Source of the DNA: Felis catus
Taxonomy: Eukaryota
Assembly: GCF_018350175.1 (NCBI RefSeq)
Contig: NC_058376.1
Span: 992,001-1,056,000 of the forward strand
Reading direction: 5' to 3'
Length of the DNA: 64,000 nt
Below are positions 24,654 to 37,029 of this stretch, in pieces. The position numbers were made by a program, and so were the translations under genes. Positions within the stretch are counted from its first letter, which is position 1. The number at the start of each line of letters is the position of its first letter. Below the pieces are notes generated by a model. It was not told the origin of the DNA. It did no database searches and was given only the letters and a program-made list of their open reading frames with translations.

Positions 24654-25240
24654 GGACTTTAAGACACAGAACAGATGAACATAAGGGAAGGAAAGCAAAA
24701 ATAATATAAAAATAGGGAGGAGGACAAAACATAAGAGACAAATATGGAGAACAAACAGAGGGTTACTGGAGGAGCTGTGGGATGGGGGGATGGGCTAAAT
24801 GGGTAAGGGGCATTAAGGAATCTACTCCTGAAATCATTGTTGCACTATATGCTAACTAATTTGGATGTAAATTAAACAAATAAAATTAAAAAAAAACTCC
24901 TGAGAAAGGAATCTTCAGGTCCAGTGATTTTACTGGAGAATTCCACCAAATACTGAAAGAAATTAACACCAATTCTACACAATCTGTTCTAGACAAAGGA
25001 AGACAAGGGAACCCCATCTAGCTCATTTCAGGAGGTTAATGTTACCCTAATAACAAATCCAGCAAATACAGAGCTCAGAAGGAAAGCGACAGGCAATGTT
25101 CTTCATGAACAGGGATGTAAAAATTCTCAACAAAATACAAGTGAATGCAATCCAGCGATACATAAATATAACTATATATCATGACAATGACAGATTTACA
25201 CCAGAGATGCAAAACTTGTTCAGTATTAAAAAATCAATCA

Positions 25241-25461
25241 GGGGCGCCTGGGTGGCGCAGTCGGTTAAGCGTCCAACTTCAACCAGGTCACAATCTCGCA
25301 GTCCGTGAGTTCGAGCCCCGCATCAGGCTCTGGGCTGATGGCTCAGAGCCTGGAGCCTGTTTCCGATTCTGTGTCTCCCTCTCTCTCTGCCCCTCCCCCG
25401 TTCATGCTCTGTCTCTCTCTGTCCCAAAAATAAATAAACGTTGAAAAAATATAAATATATA
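25241..25461 (+). mobile_element. Young felid SINE (SINEC_Fc-like)
   Basis: Starts ggggcgcctgggtggcgcagtcggttaagcgtcc. TSD aaaaaatcaatca is at 25228-25240 and 25462-25474. Confidence 0.96.
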
Positions 25462-25479
25462 AAAAAATCAATCAACGTA

Positions 25480-25686
25480 GGGGCACCTGGGGGGCTCAGT
25501 CGGTTAAGCATCCGACTTTGGCTCAGGTCATGATCTCACGGTCCGTGAGTTCAAGCCCCGCGTTAGGCTCTGTGCTGACAGCTGAGAGACTGGAGCCTGT
25601 TTCAGATTCTGTGTCTCCCTCTTTCTCTCCTCCCCCACTCATGCTCTGTCTCTCTCTTCTCAAAAATAAACGTTAAAAATTTTTTT
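25480..25686 (+). mobile_element. Carnivore SINE
   Basis: Head, body and tail are present. TSD reads aatcaatcaacgta / aatcaatcaatata. Confidence 0.95.
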
Positions 25687-26869
25687 AATCAATCAATATA
25701 ATCCATAATATTAAAATGTTAAAGAAGAAAAATCACATTATTATAGCAATTGGTATATGGGAAGCATTTGACAAAATTCAACACCCATTCATGTCAAAAA
25801 CTCTCAGCAAATTAGAAACAGAGATCTCCCTCAACTTGATAAAGAGCATCCACAAAAACTTAGGGTTAACATCACACTTAACAATGAAAGACTCAGTGGT
25901 TCCCCCACGATCAGGAGCAAGGCAAGGATGTCCAGGCTCATCCCTCTTATTCAACACAGCAGTGTAGCCCCAGCCAATGCAATAAGGCAAGAAAAGGAAA
26001 TAAAAGGCATATAGATGGTTAAAGAAGTCAAACTGCCTCTATTTGAAGATGACAGTATAGTCTACATAGACAATCTCAAAGGATCTACAAAAAGTTTCCT
26101 AGAACCACTGAGTGAGTTATAAATGTCACAGGATATAAGATCAACATATACAAGTCAATTGTATTTCTACAGACAAGCAATGAACACATGGAAACAAAGT
26201 AAAAATAATACCATTTACAATCACTTAGAAAATGAAATACTTTGATGTAAGTCTAACAAATATGTACGGTACTTGTATGCTGAAATCTATAAAACACTGA
26301 TGAAACAAATCAAAGATCTAAACAGTGCAGGGACACATATGTTCAAAGAATCGAAGAGTCAACACAGTAAAAATGTCAATTCTCCCCAAACAGATATGTA
26401 AGTTTAATGCATTTCCTACCAAAATCCCAACAATATTCTTATTTATATAGAAAAGACTACTCTAACATGTATATGAAAAGGCAAAGAAACTGGAATAGGT
26501 GAAACAGTTTTGAAAAAACAAAGTAGGAGAAACCACTTTGATTTTAAGACTTACTATACAGTTATAGTAATCAGGACAGTATGCAATTGCTAAAGCCTAT
26601 GCACACAGATCAATGGAACAGAAGAATGGAGAACCTGGAAATAGACCCAATAACAGTCAACAGATTTTGGACAAAGGTGCAAAACCAATGAAGTCTAGGA
26701 AGGACAGTGTTTTCGACAAATGATGGTAGAGCAATTGGACATTCAGAGGTAAGTCAGTAAATGAACCTACAACTATACTTCACACTTGAGCAAAATTGAC
26801 TCAAGAAAACAAAGGAGAAAATCTTCAGGACCCAGGGCTTGGTGAAGAGTTACCAGATGTGATACAGCC

Positions 26870-27040
26870 GGGATCAACCACAGTCATGCAAATGAGCCAT
26901 CTTGAATGTCCACCACTCAAGGCTTCAAAGAGCAACTGCATGAGTCAAGAGCTGCCCAAACATAGAACATTGAGACAGTATTTGTTGCTTTAAATTGCTA
27001 ACTCCGGGGGTGATTTTTTACACAGCAACAGGGAACTGGA
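26870..27040 (+). mobile_element. MLT1 3' fragment
   Basis: Contains ttgttgctttaaattgcta…gtgattttttacacagcaacagggaactggaac. Confidence 0.6.
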
Positions 27041-27329
27041 ACCGTTCCTTCTCTCCTTCAGTGGTTCTTTCTGATGTTCGGGGTCACATCAGACTCCTAG
27101 CTGGGCTCTGTGCCCGTTCTGCTGTCACCCATTTTCCTGAATCCTGCTCCTTCCTGAAAACTATCTGAACCATATCCTGCTCACTATGCACAGTCTGAAT
27201 CTCTACTTCTGATATTTGATATGGGGACCTCACACCTGCTCCCATACACACACACCCTTGTTCCCAACTCCTCACCTCTTCTGCACCCCTGCCCTTACAT
27301 CTCCCTGCCCTACTGACAATGGCCTTGAT

Positions 27330-27576
27330 GACATTTGGCCAACGGAATGCTGGCTGACATGATGAGAGCATAGGAGGCTTCAGCACATTTATGGGTGTAA
27401 GATCTCTCCCTTGTACTTCCGCTGGCATCCCAAGGAGAACATGCCTCAGGCAGCTACTGTTACATGAGAACAAGGCTTAGAGGCTGGCCAAGCCAGACTG
27501 CAAACGCATGGGCTTACTGCTGCAAGCCACAGCCGTTATGAGGCTGTCTGTTGCGTAGCAAAACCTGACCGATACA
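27330..27576 (+). mobile_element. MLT1 (late subfamily) fragment
   Basis: Contains ttggccaacggaatg…gagaacatgcctcaggcagct…gcaagccac…gttgcgtagcaaaacctgaccgataca. Confidence 0.65.
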
Positions 27577-27794
27577 CTCTGCTTAAGCTATTGCTTCAGC
27601 TTAAAATCTTTCAAAACACAGCTCAAATTCCACCACCTCTGTAAAGCTATCCCATATTTTCCAAGCTACTAAAGCTCTCTTCCACCTTTGAATTATCATG
27701 GCAAATTAAACAAGCTGCTCCTTTGGCACGTCTATTTGGGAAGGCTTAAAGGGGGCAGTGTGGCTAAATGAGCATCCAGCTTAAAGGGAACCCA

Positions 27795-27950
27795 TGAATA
27801 GCAAATGGCCCTGCTACGTGCCAGGCACTGAGCTAAGCACTTCATACGTGTTAATTCTTTGTATGAGGTGACGTTCTTATCATCCGAAACTGAAGCCCAG
27901 GGAGGGGAAGCAAGTTACCATCTGGCTGAGTGACTGCCCCGTGCTCAGCT
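27795..27950 (-). mobile_element. MIR
   Basis: Contains ctacgtgccaggcactgagctaagcactt…gaaactgaagcccagggaggg. Confidence 0.65.
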
Positions 27951-28889
27951 GGGAGCTGCAGAGCCAGGAAGCGTGTGCAGACAGCCTGGCTTTCCATCGC
28001 GGTTTCCTCTGCTGCACCACACAGCTTTGTGGGGCTTGGCCCCCACCCACTCCTCCCACCTCCCTCTCGTGGCTTTGCTCCAGGAGCACCTTGCGGCTCC
28101 TCCTTCCTGGCCTGTGTTCAGAAGAGCACGGAATGCCCCCCTCGTCCATCCCCCAGACCCCCCAGGCTTGTGATCAATCCTCTTTAAGGTCTCATGTTTG
28201 TCCTCGGTCCATCCAGGCATCTGGATTAGGCAACCAGCCGGCCTTGCCCTTGCAGTGGTTGTTTGGAAAACTCTGGAACATTATCACTGAACGTGGAGGA
28301 CAGGATGTAGTTAACAATGAGAAAAAGAAAGATGAGAGAAACAAAAAACCAGAGTCCATGACTCAACCATAAATCCCTCGGAGGAAAGCAAGTATGAATC
28401 AGAAGCAATGATGACAGAAAGTCAAGCAAGGACGGCTATTTCATTTGGACAGAAGAACCTGTTTCCACCACAGAGCAAGCACTAAACTATGCAAGGCCAA
28501 CTGTACTCGAAATAAAAGGAAAAATTAACGAACACTGCCAGCTTAACAACTCATTGTGTTTCCAACAATGTAACATGATCTTCAAAGTGTGCAAGGTCTC
28601 AAGTTCAGCGTAGGTCACCCCATTCCTCCACTCTTCTGTGATCTGTGACAGTCCAGACTATTGTTCCCCACCTCACCCTCCGGCTGCTTACAGAATAACA
28701 CAATGCAGGGGTGAGGCTCCAGGAGGTGGAGTGCCCTCCAGCATCTCCCTTCCTGTGCCTCCTCACACGATTTGTTTGGGAAAGCAGGGCCTTAACGGGC
28801 AGGAGAGGAAGCACACATCGTGCCCCTCTAACCTGCTAGGCCGGAGGCCCACAATGAAGGCAAAGAACAGACCGGAACCCAGGGGGCCA

Positions 28890-29700
28890 ATCTGGGTGCC
28901 ATGAAATTTAGCCATCATGCCATTTCGCCAACACATTCTTCAGCATACATTTCATCTAGAAACATTTTTCATAACCACCATGCAATTCCCACACATAGCA
29001 AAATCAAGAAAAATTCCTTAATGTCACCGAACAGCCAGCTGACATTCAAATTTCCAATCGTCTCAAAGCTGCCTTTTTACAATTGCTCTGTTTAAGAATA
29101 ATCCAAATAAGGTTTCCCGAATGACTTTTCTTTACGTCTGTCTCCTATTTTGTCCTGTAACTGCCCTCTCTTTCTACACGCATTTTGTTTGTTAGGCGCA
29201 TGAGTTATCTGTGTGAGAATCTTCCAAAGTCTACATTCGGCTGGCAGCCTGTTCAGGATATTTTGGCATGTCCCCTGGCCTTGAACTTCTGCAAACTAGC
29301 AGTCAGCTCCAGAGGCTTGCTTGGGACACGGGCTCGATCCCTCCCCTGCACTTGCCGCGGTGGCCTTCCCACAGTAGCGGAGCGCGAAGCACAGCTGCGT
29401 GAGGCCTGCCCTGCCTTCCTCGTGTGATGCCGGGGTTTCCAAGCAGGTGCAGCGGTGTCGGCCCGAGGCCTCCACTGTAAACTTCCCCGTGAACCTTTTT
29501 ACCTCGTGGGTTAACAGCCATTGATTAGTGTCTAGATCTTATGTTTCGTTAGGGATTCCAAAATGGTGATTTTCTAATTCTGTACTTCTGTCTGGAACAA
29601 TGAGCTTCCGTGAGTGAGAACTTTACTTCGTCCACCGTTCGATATGCCGTTGAAAACATAGTCTGCGCAGAACAGGAAGGATGCGTGGTGGATTCCTTCT
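28890..29700 (-). mobile_element. Ancient L1MC-like 3' fragment
   Basis: Contains cataaccaccatgcaatt…aaatcaagaaaaattccttaatgtca…ttcaaatttcc…aatccaaataagg. Confidence 0.55.
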
Positions 29701-30259
29701 CTGTCACTTACTGATGATGGAAGTACTGTGTAGATTTACCCTAACAAGCTCTGGAAAAGAATGACTTGCTTGTATTCTTGTTCCTCAGATGCGTTACGAC
29801 TCGGGCATTGCTAGGGACCTGCTGCATCTCAATCTGCTGCAGTACCTATTACTTCTGACGTCCACAATGCCACATCCCTGGCACCCGGAGCCTGTCAAGG
29901 GAGGCCACGCCTGACTTGGGAAGTCCCTCCTCAGTCCTGTTAGCTTCCTCACTTGTAGCCAAAACCAGAGGTTAGAGGCTCATCCTGTACACGGTCCTTG
30001 TTTGTATATGAAACCGTTTCTCCAGGAAGCCTGCCGTTAGTAAAATAAAAATCGTACCTAGAGACCACAATCAGGGGAGTTCATAACTACTAGTCTGTGA
30101 CTGCTCCTAGAACTCCTCCCATTAACTGTGCTACAAGACATTTTTCAGAGTAAATCCTGTGGAACATCCACACAATGAGATAATATTCAGCGCTACAAAG
30201 AAATGAGCCATCACGGAGGAACCTTCAATGCATATCGCTAAGCGACAGCAGCCGATCTG

Positions 30260-31935
30260 AAAAAGCTGCACCCTCTAACATTATGGCCCACAAAGAGATC
30301 CAGTAATTTAGGAAGACTGAAATCACACAGGGTGTATCTGTGACCACAACAGAATGAAACTAAAGATCAGTAACAAAAAGATGTCATGAGCTCTCCAAAT
30401 ATCTGAAAATTAAACACATTCTGTATGTGCTGCCGAAGCGAGCACGTATTAAACACATTCTAAATAACTTATGGGTCGAAGAAAAAAATTGTAAGAGAAT
30501 TTAGAAACATTTTGATAATTAAATGAAGAAAAATACCACCTGTCAGAATCTGTGAGGTGCAGCCAAAACAGAGCTTAGAGAGAAGCATATCATTATATTT
30601 AAAAAGAACAAAAGTCTAAAATCAGTGATATAAATTTCTACCTTAAGAAAAAGTAGAGCAAATTAAGTTCAAAGTAAGGAGAAGGCAGGTGTGGCAGGCA
30701 GAGTGAGCCTCACCCTGCTCCCTGGAGCCCGTGGGCTCATGACCTCGCAGGGCGAAAGGCGTTGCGGTCGTGGTGAAGGTTGTAGCCCCGGAGACGGGGA
30801 GTCAGCTGGATCGTTGCGAGGGCGCAGGAAAACCGCATGAGTTCTGCCAAGTGGAGAGCCTTTCCAGGCTGGGTTAGAAAGAAAAGTGACGGGGAGGAAG
30901 GTTCAGAGAGAGACAGACAGTGCTGAGGGTGGAGACAGAGGAAGGGGCCACGGGCCAGGATGAGCAGCCTCTGGAAACCGGAAAAGGCAAGTGAACAAAG
31001 TCTCCCAGAGCCCTCATAAAGGGACCCAGGCCTACAACAACCTGATTCCAGCCCGGTGGGACCCCTGTGGGGCTCTGCCCTGCAGAGCCTCAGATGATAA
31101 ATTTGTGTGGTTTTCAGCCACCAAGTCTGCAGTGACATTTTAGGGCAGTCATAGGAAACAAATACATCTGGAAATAATAAATACATACAGGAGTTAACGA
31201 AAACATAGACAAGCAATAAAAAAATAAAATAAATCTAGTAATCTGTAAATATTTAAACAAATGGAAAACAGATGAAGAGAAAAAAAGAAAGAAAACAAAA
31301 ATCCCAAATAACAAATAGGAAAGATCAGGTGTCAGAACAGATCCTACAGATACTAAAATGATGATGTGGGATTATTATGATGAACAACTTCGGGCCAACA
31401 CGTATATCAGCTTAGATGAACTGGACAAATTTGGAGCCACGACTCTAAAACGGGCACAAACCCCACGGATGTTGAAAAAATGGAATCTGTTGTCGAACAC
31501 CTTCCCACCAAGGAGATGCCAGGCACTGGGAAATTCCGCCAAAGCACTGAGAGGTGGTGAGCCCAACCTCGCACAGTCTCCTTCAAAGAGCAGACAGACA
31601 GGAAGTCATTCCAGAGTCATTGTCCAGAGCAAGTGCAGCTCTGATTGTAAAATCTGACAAAGATACGAGAAAAATGAAAACTGCGGCCCATCTCTCTTAT
31701 GACGTGTATAAAACTCCTCACCAAAATATTAGCAAAATATATCCAAGAATCAATGCCAAGTAGGCTTACGCCAGGAATAGTTTAACATTTCCAAAATTTA
31801 TCAACATAATTTACCATGTTAGCAGGATAAAGCGGAAAATTATCATTTCAAGCGATGCAGGAAAGATCGTTTGACAAAATTCCATACATGCATGATAAAA
31901 ATCTTCAACAAACACACCTTTTCCTATTAAGCTAA
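30260..31935 (+). mobile_element. Ancient L1M ORF2 fragment, split by an MLT1
   Basis: Degenerate ORF2 motifs (DHNRMKL, NLWDAAKA, LDELDKF, GKEFDKI) are recognisable. Confidence 0.72.
30691..31166 (+). mobile_element. MLT1D-like solo LTR
   Basis: Runs tgtggcaggcaga…gataaatttgtgtggttttcagccaccaagt…cataggaaacaaataca, with TG…CA termini. Confidence 0.85.
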
Positions 31936-32132
31936 AATCCTGTTTTCTAATGACATCAGTCTGATTCCTGACTTGTTTGATCCTCCAGCATAGGTGGTGA
32001 CACTTTGGGTTGGGCCACAACCAGGGAGTAAGAGCCGGATGACAAACAGGGCCATCATCATCAGGTAGGCAGATACCCAAGGTGAGGCCCACGTTTACCC
32101 CGCTTGTTCCTGAGTCTAAAATCAGGGTGTTT

Positions 32133-32392
32133 GGGGGCACCTGGGTGGCTCAGTGGGTTAAGCGTCTGACTCCTGATTTTGGTTCAGGTCATGATCTCAC
32201 AGCTCGTGCGCTGGAGCCCCGTGTTGGGTTCTGTGCTGACGGCGGAGCCGGCTTCGGATCCTCTGTCTCCCTTTCCACCTGCCCCTCCTCCACTTGCACG
32301 CATGTGAGCACTTTCTCTCTCTCTTTTAAAATAAATAAATTAAAAAAAAAAGAGGCAGTAACTAACTGTCTACAAAATAAGTAAATAAATAA
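32133..32392 (+). mobile_element. Carnivore SINE with 3' extra sequence inside its TSD
   Basis: TSD reads taaaatcagggtgttt (32117-32132) and taaaatcaggatgtct (32393-32408). Confidence 0.93.
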
Positions 32393-32556
32393 TAAAATCA
32401 GGATGTCTTCTAGCCTGGGGTACAGAGATTGTGCTTAGGGGCTGCTAAGTCAGCTCTGGAAAAGGAACCCTAAAAACACGTGTGAAGTTTTCCTCATGTC
32501 TTTGGTGAATCCTTCACTGTGCCAGCATAAAGTGAGACTCTGGAACTCAGAGCCCA

Positions 32557-32570
32557 TCACCAGATGGCAG
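32557..32570 (+). promoter_or_regulatory. Predicted CTCF-like motif
   Basis: TCACCAGATGGCAG matches the core at 13/14 positions. This is a motif match only. Confidence 0.25.
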
Positions 32571-33499
32571 GGGTCACACTGCTTGTTCAAGGGGAGCCAG
32601 TGTGGGCAGCTGGAGTAGAGTGGAGAGACCCCGGCTGACGGACGAGCAGGCCAGGTTCTCGGCTGAAGTCACGCAAAGGTGACTGGGAGGGAGGGCAGGG
32701 GCCTGGGATCCAGACAAAATGGAAACAGATGTGTCCTAACAAAACTTGAGCCCCAAGAGGACCGGGGTGACACACGTGCACTTCGGTCCCTACCAGAGCG
32801 CAGAGGACCCACGGGGAGCCCTGCGACGCCCCACCTAAGATGCCTGTCGACGGCAGAGAATCCCCAGACGGGCAGTTGAGGAGCCACAGGAGGCCTGGGT
32901 AAGGAAATAGAACAGTCGGACAAGCGTGTGCAGAGGCGGTCCAGACAATGGTGGTGAGGATCATGCGACAGAAAGCAGAGGAAAAGGTGGGCAAAATGAA
33001 CACGGGATATCTCAACAAAGAATGAAAATTTAAAGAAAAAATACATCTAAAACTGAAAATTTACAAAATATGAAAGGAAGAACTCAATGTGTGGACATAG
33101 CAGAAGCCCGGGTTAGTGCCCTTGAAAGTGGTCAACAGAAAAGGTCAAAATGAAGGGAAAAAGGCTAGGAAAAAACAAACAACAGAAAAGGACACAGATG
33201 GGGATACACTGAAAAGATTTACCCAGGTATAAACAATAGTTTAAAAATAACAGTGATCATATTATTACCGTTGGTAATAACTCCATAGAAGAATTTTCTC
33301 CCTTGGGATACATTCCACTCGTGACAGACAGTGTGGCTGCCACACTGCAAAGTCACGGGTCGTAATTTATTTGTCTGACTTGGCAGATTTATACACATAA
33401 ACTAACTAATTTCCATATATTTTCAATATTTAGGACTTCCTCATTTTTTTCTTGATTTAAGAAACCCTTTAATGTTTATTTTTTATTTTATTACCCGAA

Positions 33500-34050
33500 A
33501 TCCTCACATGACTCCATGCTCAAAATTACATAAGATTTTCATTCACAGACATCTTCCCATTTCTATCCCCTTTGGTCCCTTCCTTCCAATAAGTAACATA
33601 AGTAACAGAAAACTAGGTTTTGGTATATTCTTCCATTGTTTCTTTTAGGAAACATAAATGAATCCATTGCATACACGCAAGTTCGTATGTGTATAAATCC
33701 ACCTTTTAAAAGGGTCGAATGTACTACAAAGGTTCTGCGCCTTGCTGGTTTTCTCTTTCACTTGCTGTGTTCGGGAGATCACTCTGAATCACAACGTGGA
33801 AATACCCCCGTCTCTCTTCTACAGGTGCGGAGTCCTCCGCGGTATGAACCACAATGCCGTCAACCTCCAGACGGACAGCTGGGTCACCCCCATATTCTGC
33901 CATGAAGATAATGCCACCGTGAGTACCCTCATGCGCACCTCGCTTCCTATCTGTTGCCAGTGACGTTCTGGGATAGAGGCCTAGGAGCAGGTCTGCCGGA
34001 TCACAGGGTAAATGCAAATGAAATTCTTCTGAACAGTCACAAACTCCCCT
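33500..34050 (-). mobile_element. Ancient L1ME-like 3' fragment
   Basis: Contains ttttctctttcacttgc…ttccatattctgc…gttctgggatagaggcctaggagcaggtctgccggatca. Confidence 0.55.
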
Positions 34051-34069
34051 CCACAAACACGGGCTCAGC

Positions 34070-34410
34070 TGGGACGGCCACAACAAAGCAGCCCAGCCCG
34101 GGTGGCTTAGACAAGAGATTTACTTTCTCACGGTCCCGGAGGCTGGACGTCGAGGTCAAGGCATGGGCAGGGCTGGGTCCTGCTCAGGCCTCTCCCCTGG
34201 CATGCAGCTCATCGTCCTCCCCGGTGTCGTCCCCGGTCATCCCTCTGTGCGTACAGGTCAGGCTCATGTCCAAATTTCCTCCTCTTAAAGGATACTGGTC
34301 AATTGGGCCTACCGGCCTCATTATCACTTAATCACCTCATTAAAGACCATCTCCAAATCAGATGGCATTCCGAGATGGGGGGGCTTGGGCTTCAACTTGA
34401 ATTTGGGGGA
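34070..34410 (-). mobile_element. MLT1A/B/C-like LTR
   Basis: Contains ggtggcttagacaagagatttactttctcacggtcccggaggctgg…aaatttcctcctcttaaaggatactggtc…ggcttcaacttgaatttggggg. Confidence 0.8.
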
Positions 34411-34499
34411 CACCTCTCAGCCCAGTCCTGCGCCGTGTCTCTCCAGCAGCAGCGATGTGTGAGCGGGTCTGTCCCCTGACACAATCCAAGCACCCCGAC

Positions 34500-34830
34500 C
34501 CTCATGCACGTATATCTTCCTGAAATGGCAGAGTTGTTTCAGTTTTCTAGATCAATCTGAGAACTTCTGTTCTGGAATAGGATAGTTTAATAATTTCCAC
34601 TTATCAGCAGTTATATAATCAATCCTACTTGCCAACTCTTTCTTACATCATTTTGCAGTTTTCTTAATGTTTTGGTTCATATGAAGTATATTTTCACCTG
34701 TTTCAGGTGTAAAATACTGAGCTAGTCCCTAGATATTTTGTTTCTTACCTTCTTCAGGAACTTGGAAGATACTCCTTCTCTTTCCTTCTAACTCCTGTTT
34801 CTGATAGGATCTAAACGTGACACGGGACCT
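34500..34830 (-). mobile_element. Ancient L1 ORF1-end/ORF2-start fragment
   Basis: Reverse complement contains a degenerate LNSPIKRQRLSDWI-like segment. Confidence 0.45.
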
Positions 34831-37029
34831 TTTGCCCTCATCGTCAAGGATCAGGAAACAAGGAAAATTGTATCATGTCTGTCCACTGGCCAGCTAGCAT
34901 TCCCTGCTTTAACTGAGCTCACCAGTCTGGACACGTTAGTTACCGTGGTGACTATTCTGTGACTGAAAGCAGCCACAGGACTTGCTGATCTGAGAGCCAG
35001 AAAGAGCTGTGTGGGCCCACAGCAGCCCGGGACGCCGGCCCCTCAGGAGAGGGTACGGCCTTGCTCCCAAACCTCCCCCAGTTCTCGCTCAGCCACGCGG
35101 TGCGTCCGGGTTCGTGGTGCCAGCCTCCCCGCGTGGCCCGCATGTGTCCGGGAGGCAGCGCCGACGGCGGGGCTGGGCCGGAGGTGGGGGGAGGGGACAG
35201 GGCTGCCGTAAAGCAGCTCGCAGGGAGCCGGCAGTTCCACGGGCAAGCCCTCGGCACAGCTCTTGGTGGCACGGGGCCTTGGCCGGGAGGCGAGACGGAG
35301 CCCTGTGAGCAGTTCTTCAGACCCCGCAGATAGTCATGAGAAGGTCCTGACTCTACAGGGAGCCAGCAAAAGTGGCAGAAAGAGGATGGGCCACGTCCCC
35401 CACGGTCGCCTGGGGCCAGGCTGAGCCAGGCACTCTCACAGCCACACCTGTGCTCGGCGCTCCCGGTGGCCCCTGGGCCACTAGAAGCTGTGCTTCTGGA
35501 AAGTTCCACAAGGTGTGTGAGTGGCAGGCCGGCCCCGGGGAGGCTCAGGGAGGGACAAGCTGTCAGGCTTGCACGGGACGCGGCAGGTCTAGGGCGGTTC
35601 GGGTTGAGTGTGTGGAGCAACCCAAGGCCAAGGCCGTCCGACCCTGACCCTGCGTCCCACACTCCACCATCCCACAGCCCTGACCAGCTGCAGCGCCGAG
35701 GTCTCAGGGGAGAGAGGGACACACCGGCAGGGGCACAGAGCGAAGGGGAGGCAGACAGACAGACGACAGGAGGGAAGAGGCAAGGACAGTGGGAAAAAAA
35801 AAAAAGAAAAACCCCAGGGTGAGCAGCAGAGCCCTGGCATCGACCCCGTGACGGACGCCACGTTGGTCCCCGGATGGCGCCCTGGCCGCACGCTCGTGAA
35901 AACCACCGCACTGAGACCACACGGGCTTTCAGGCTCAGCACCCCGCTGTCCAGCCGCACCCAGGGCACAGTGCCCTCGTCCTGTCCTCCGGGGGGAAGGA
36001 CACCGTCCCCAGAGCGCTAAGTCCTGAGGGGCGGCCGCACTTTCTCACTGGAGCTCTCACTTGACATCCTCTGACCGCCAAGTGACGACGACGTCTGGGC
36101 TGTCACCCCACTCTCCCGGACACGGGCAGTCCACTCGCGAGCCCGCCTGCGCGCCCCACGCGCACTCGACAGCGAAGGCTGCGCGGCCTGGGAGCGAGGG
36201 CCCGCTCAGAGCCTCAGTTGCCGCCGAAGGCAGACGGAGAGAAAGGGGCAAATTCTAATCTTAAAGCCTGTCCTTAGGTGAACTCGAGACGTGCTCTGTA
36301 GGTGGGTGTCGTGAAACCCGGCACAAAGGGCCCGGTAGGCACTCGTCCTACCGCTACTCGCGTCCCACGTCACGCGGTCGAGACTTTTCCATGTTGACCC
36401 GTGCAGATCTAATTCTTCACTTTATGTGAGGTGTACTTAGGTGCCCGGTCCCGTGTAGACCGGGCATTTCCGGATCTTTGCACAGGAACCGGTTCACGTG
36501 TCACGTGCCCGCTTTCCTGTCGCGTGTGATGAGCGGCGGGGCCGGGACGCAGGGGTGCGGCAGCCCTCCACCTCCCTGGACCCTGTCATGCTGCCGTCCC
36601 AGGGGGCGACCCGGCCGGGCCCCCCAGCGGTGTCCAGGGGCCCTCGGTCTCTCCGGCCCATGTCTGCCAGCGAAGCCACGACCTCCCTGTTCTACTCGGC
36701 TCACCTGGGGCCACGGGAGGGTTGGGGGGGCGCTTCTCAGGTGCTCACTGGCCAGGCCGGCTTCCTCCTCCTCTACCCACTCGGCTCACAGGCGAGGCGT
36801 GGACACGCGGTAACTGGTTCTCTAGGGAGCGAGGCTCCCGATGCAGCGGTCGGCCTGCTGCACGCCCACCGGAGCGGCGGCCCTCGCCTGGCTCGATCAG
36901 GCCGGGCCGAGTGCAGTTCTGTGCAGCCGGAGGACTGCCGCCCCAGCTGCCCCCCTGCCGTCAGGCGGGGGCTGCTCCCCGTGCCCCCCACTCCCTCCGA
37001 CGCTGCTGTGATCCCTGGCGCAGGACAAC

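Larger units (their letters stand above)
17933..24896 (+). mobile_element. Full-length (about 7 kb) carnivore/felid LINE-1 (copy B), inactivated
   Basis: Starts gggggaggagccaagatggc, followed by a 5'UTR, T-rich spacer, ORF1, ORF2, 3'UTR and A-tail. Confidence 0.97.
24897..26830 (+). mobile_element. Ancient L1M ORF2 RT region, continuing the host element interrupted at about 16190
   Basis: Degenerate motifs [23 protein letters not shown] and GARQGCP are recognisable. Confidence 0.8.

Noticed and set aside
34750-34815. Minus-strand exon with a strong AAG|gtaaga donor
   Set aside because: The surrounding sequence reads as ancient L1 ORF1-end/ORF2-start, so the donor is probably incidental.
34952-35968. 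338-aa minus-strand ORF
   Set aside because: It lies in a CpG-rich region with overlapping ORFs in most frames and no domain-like content.
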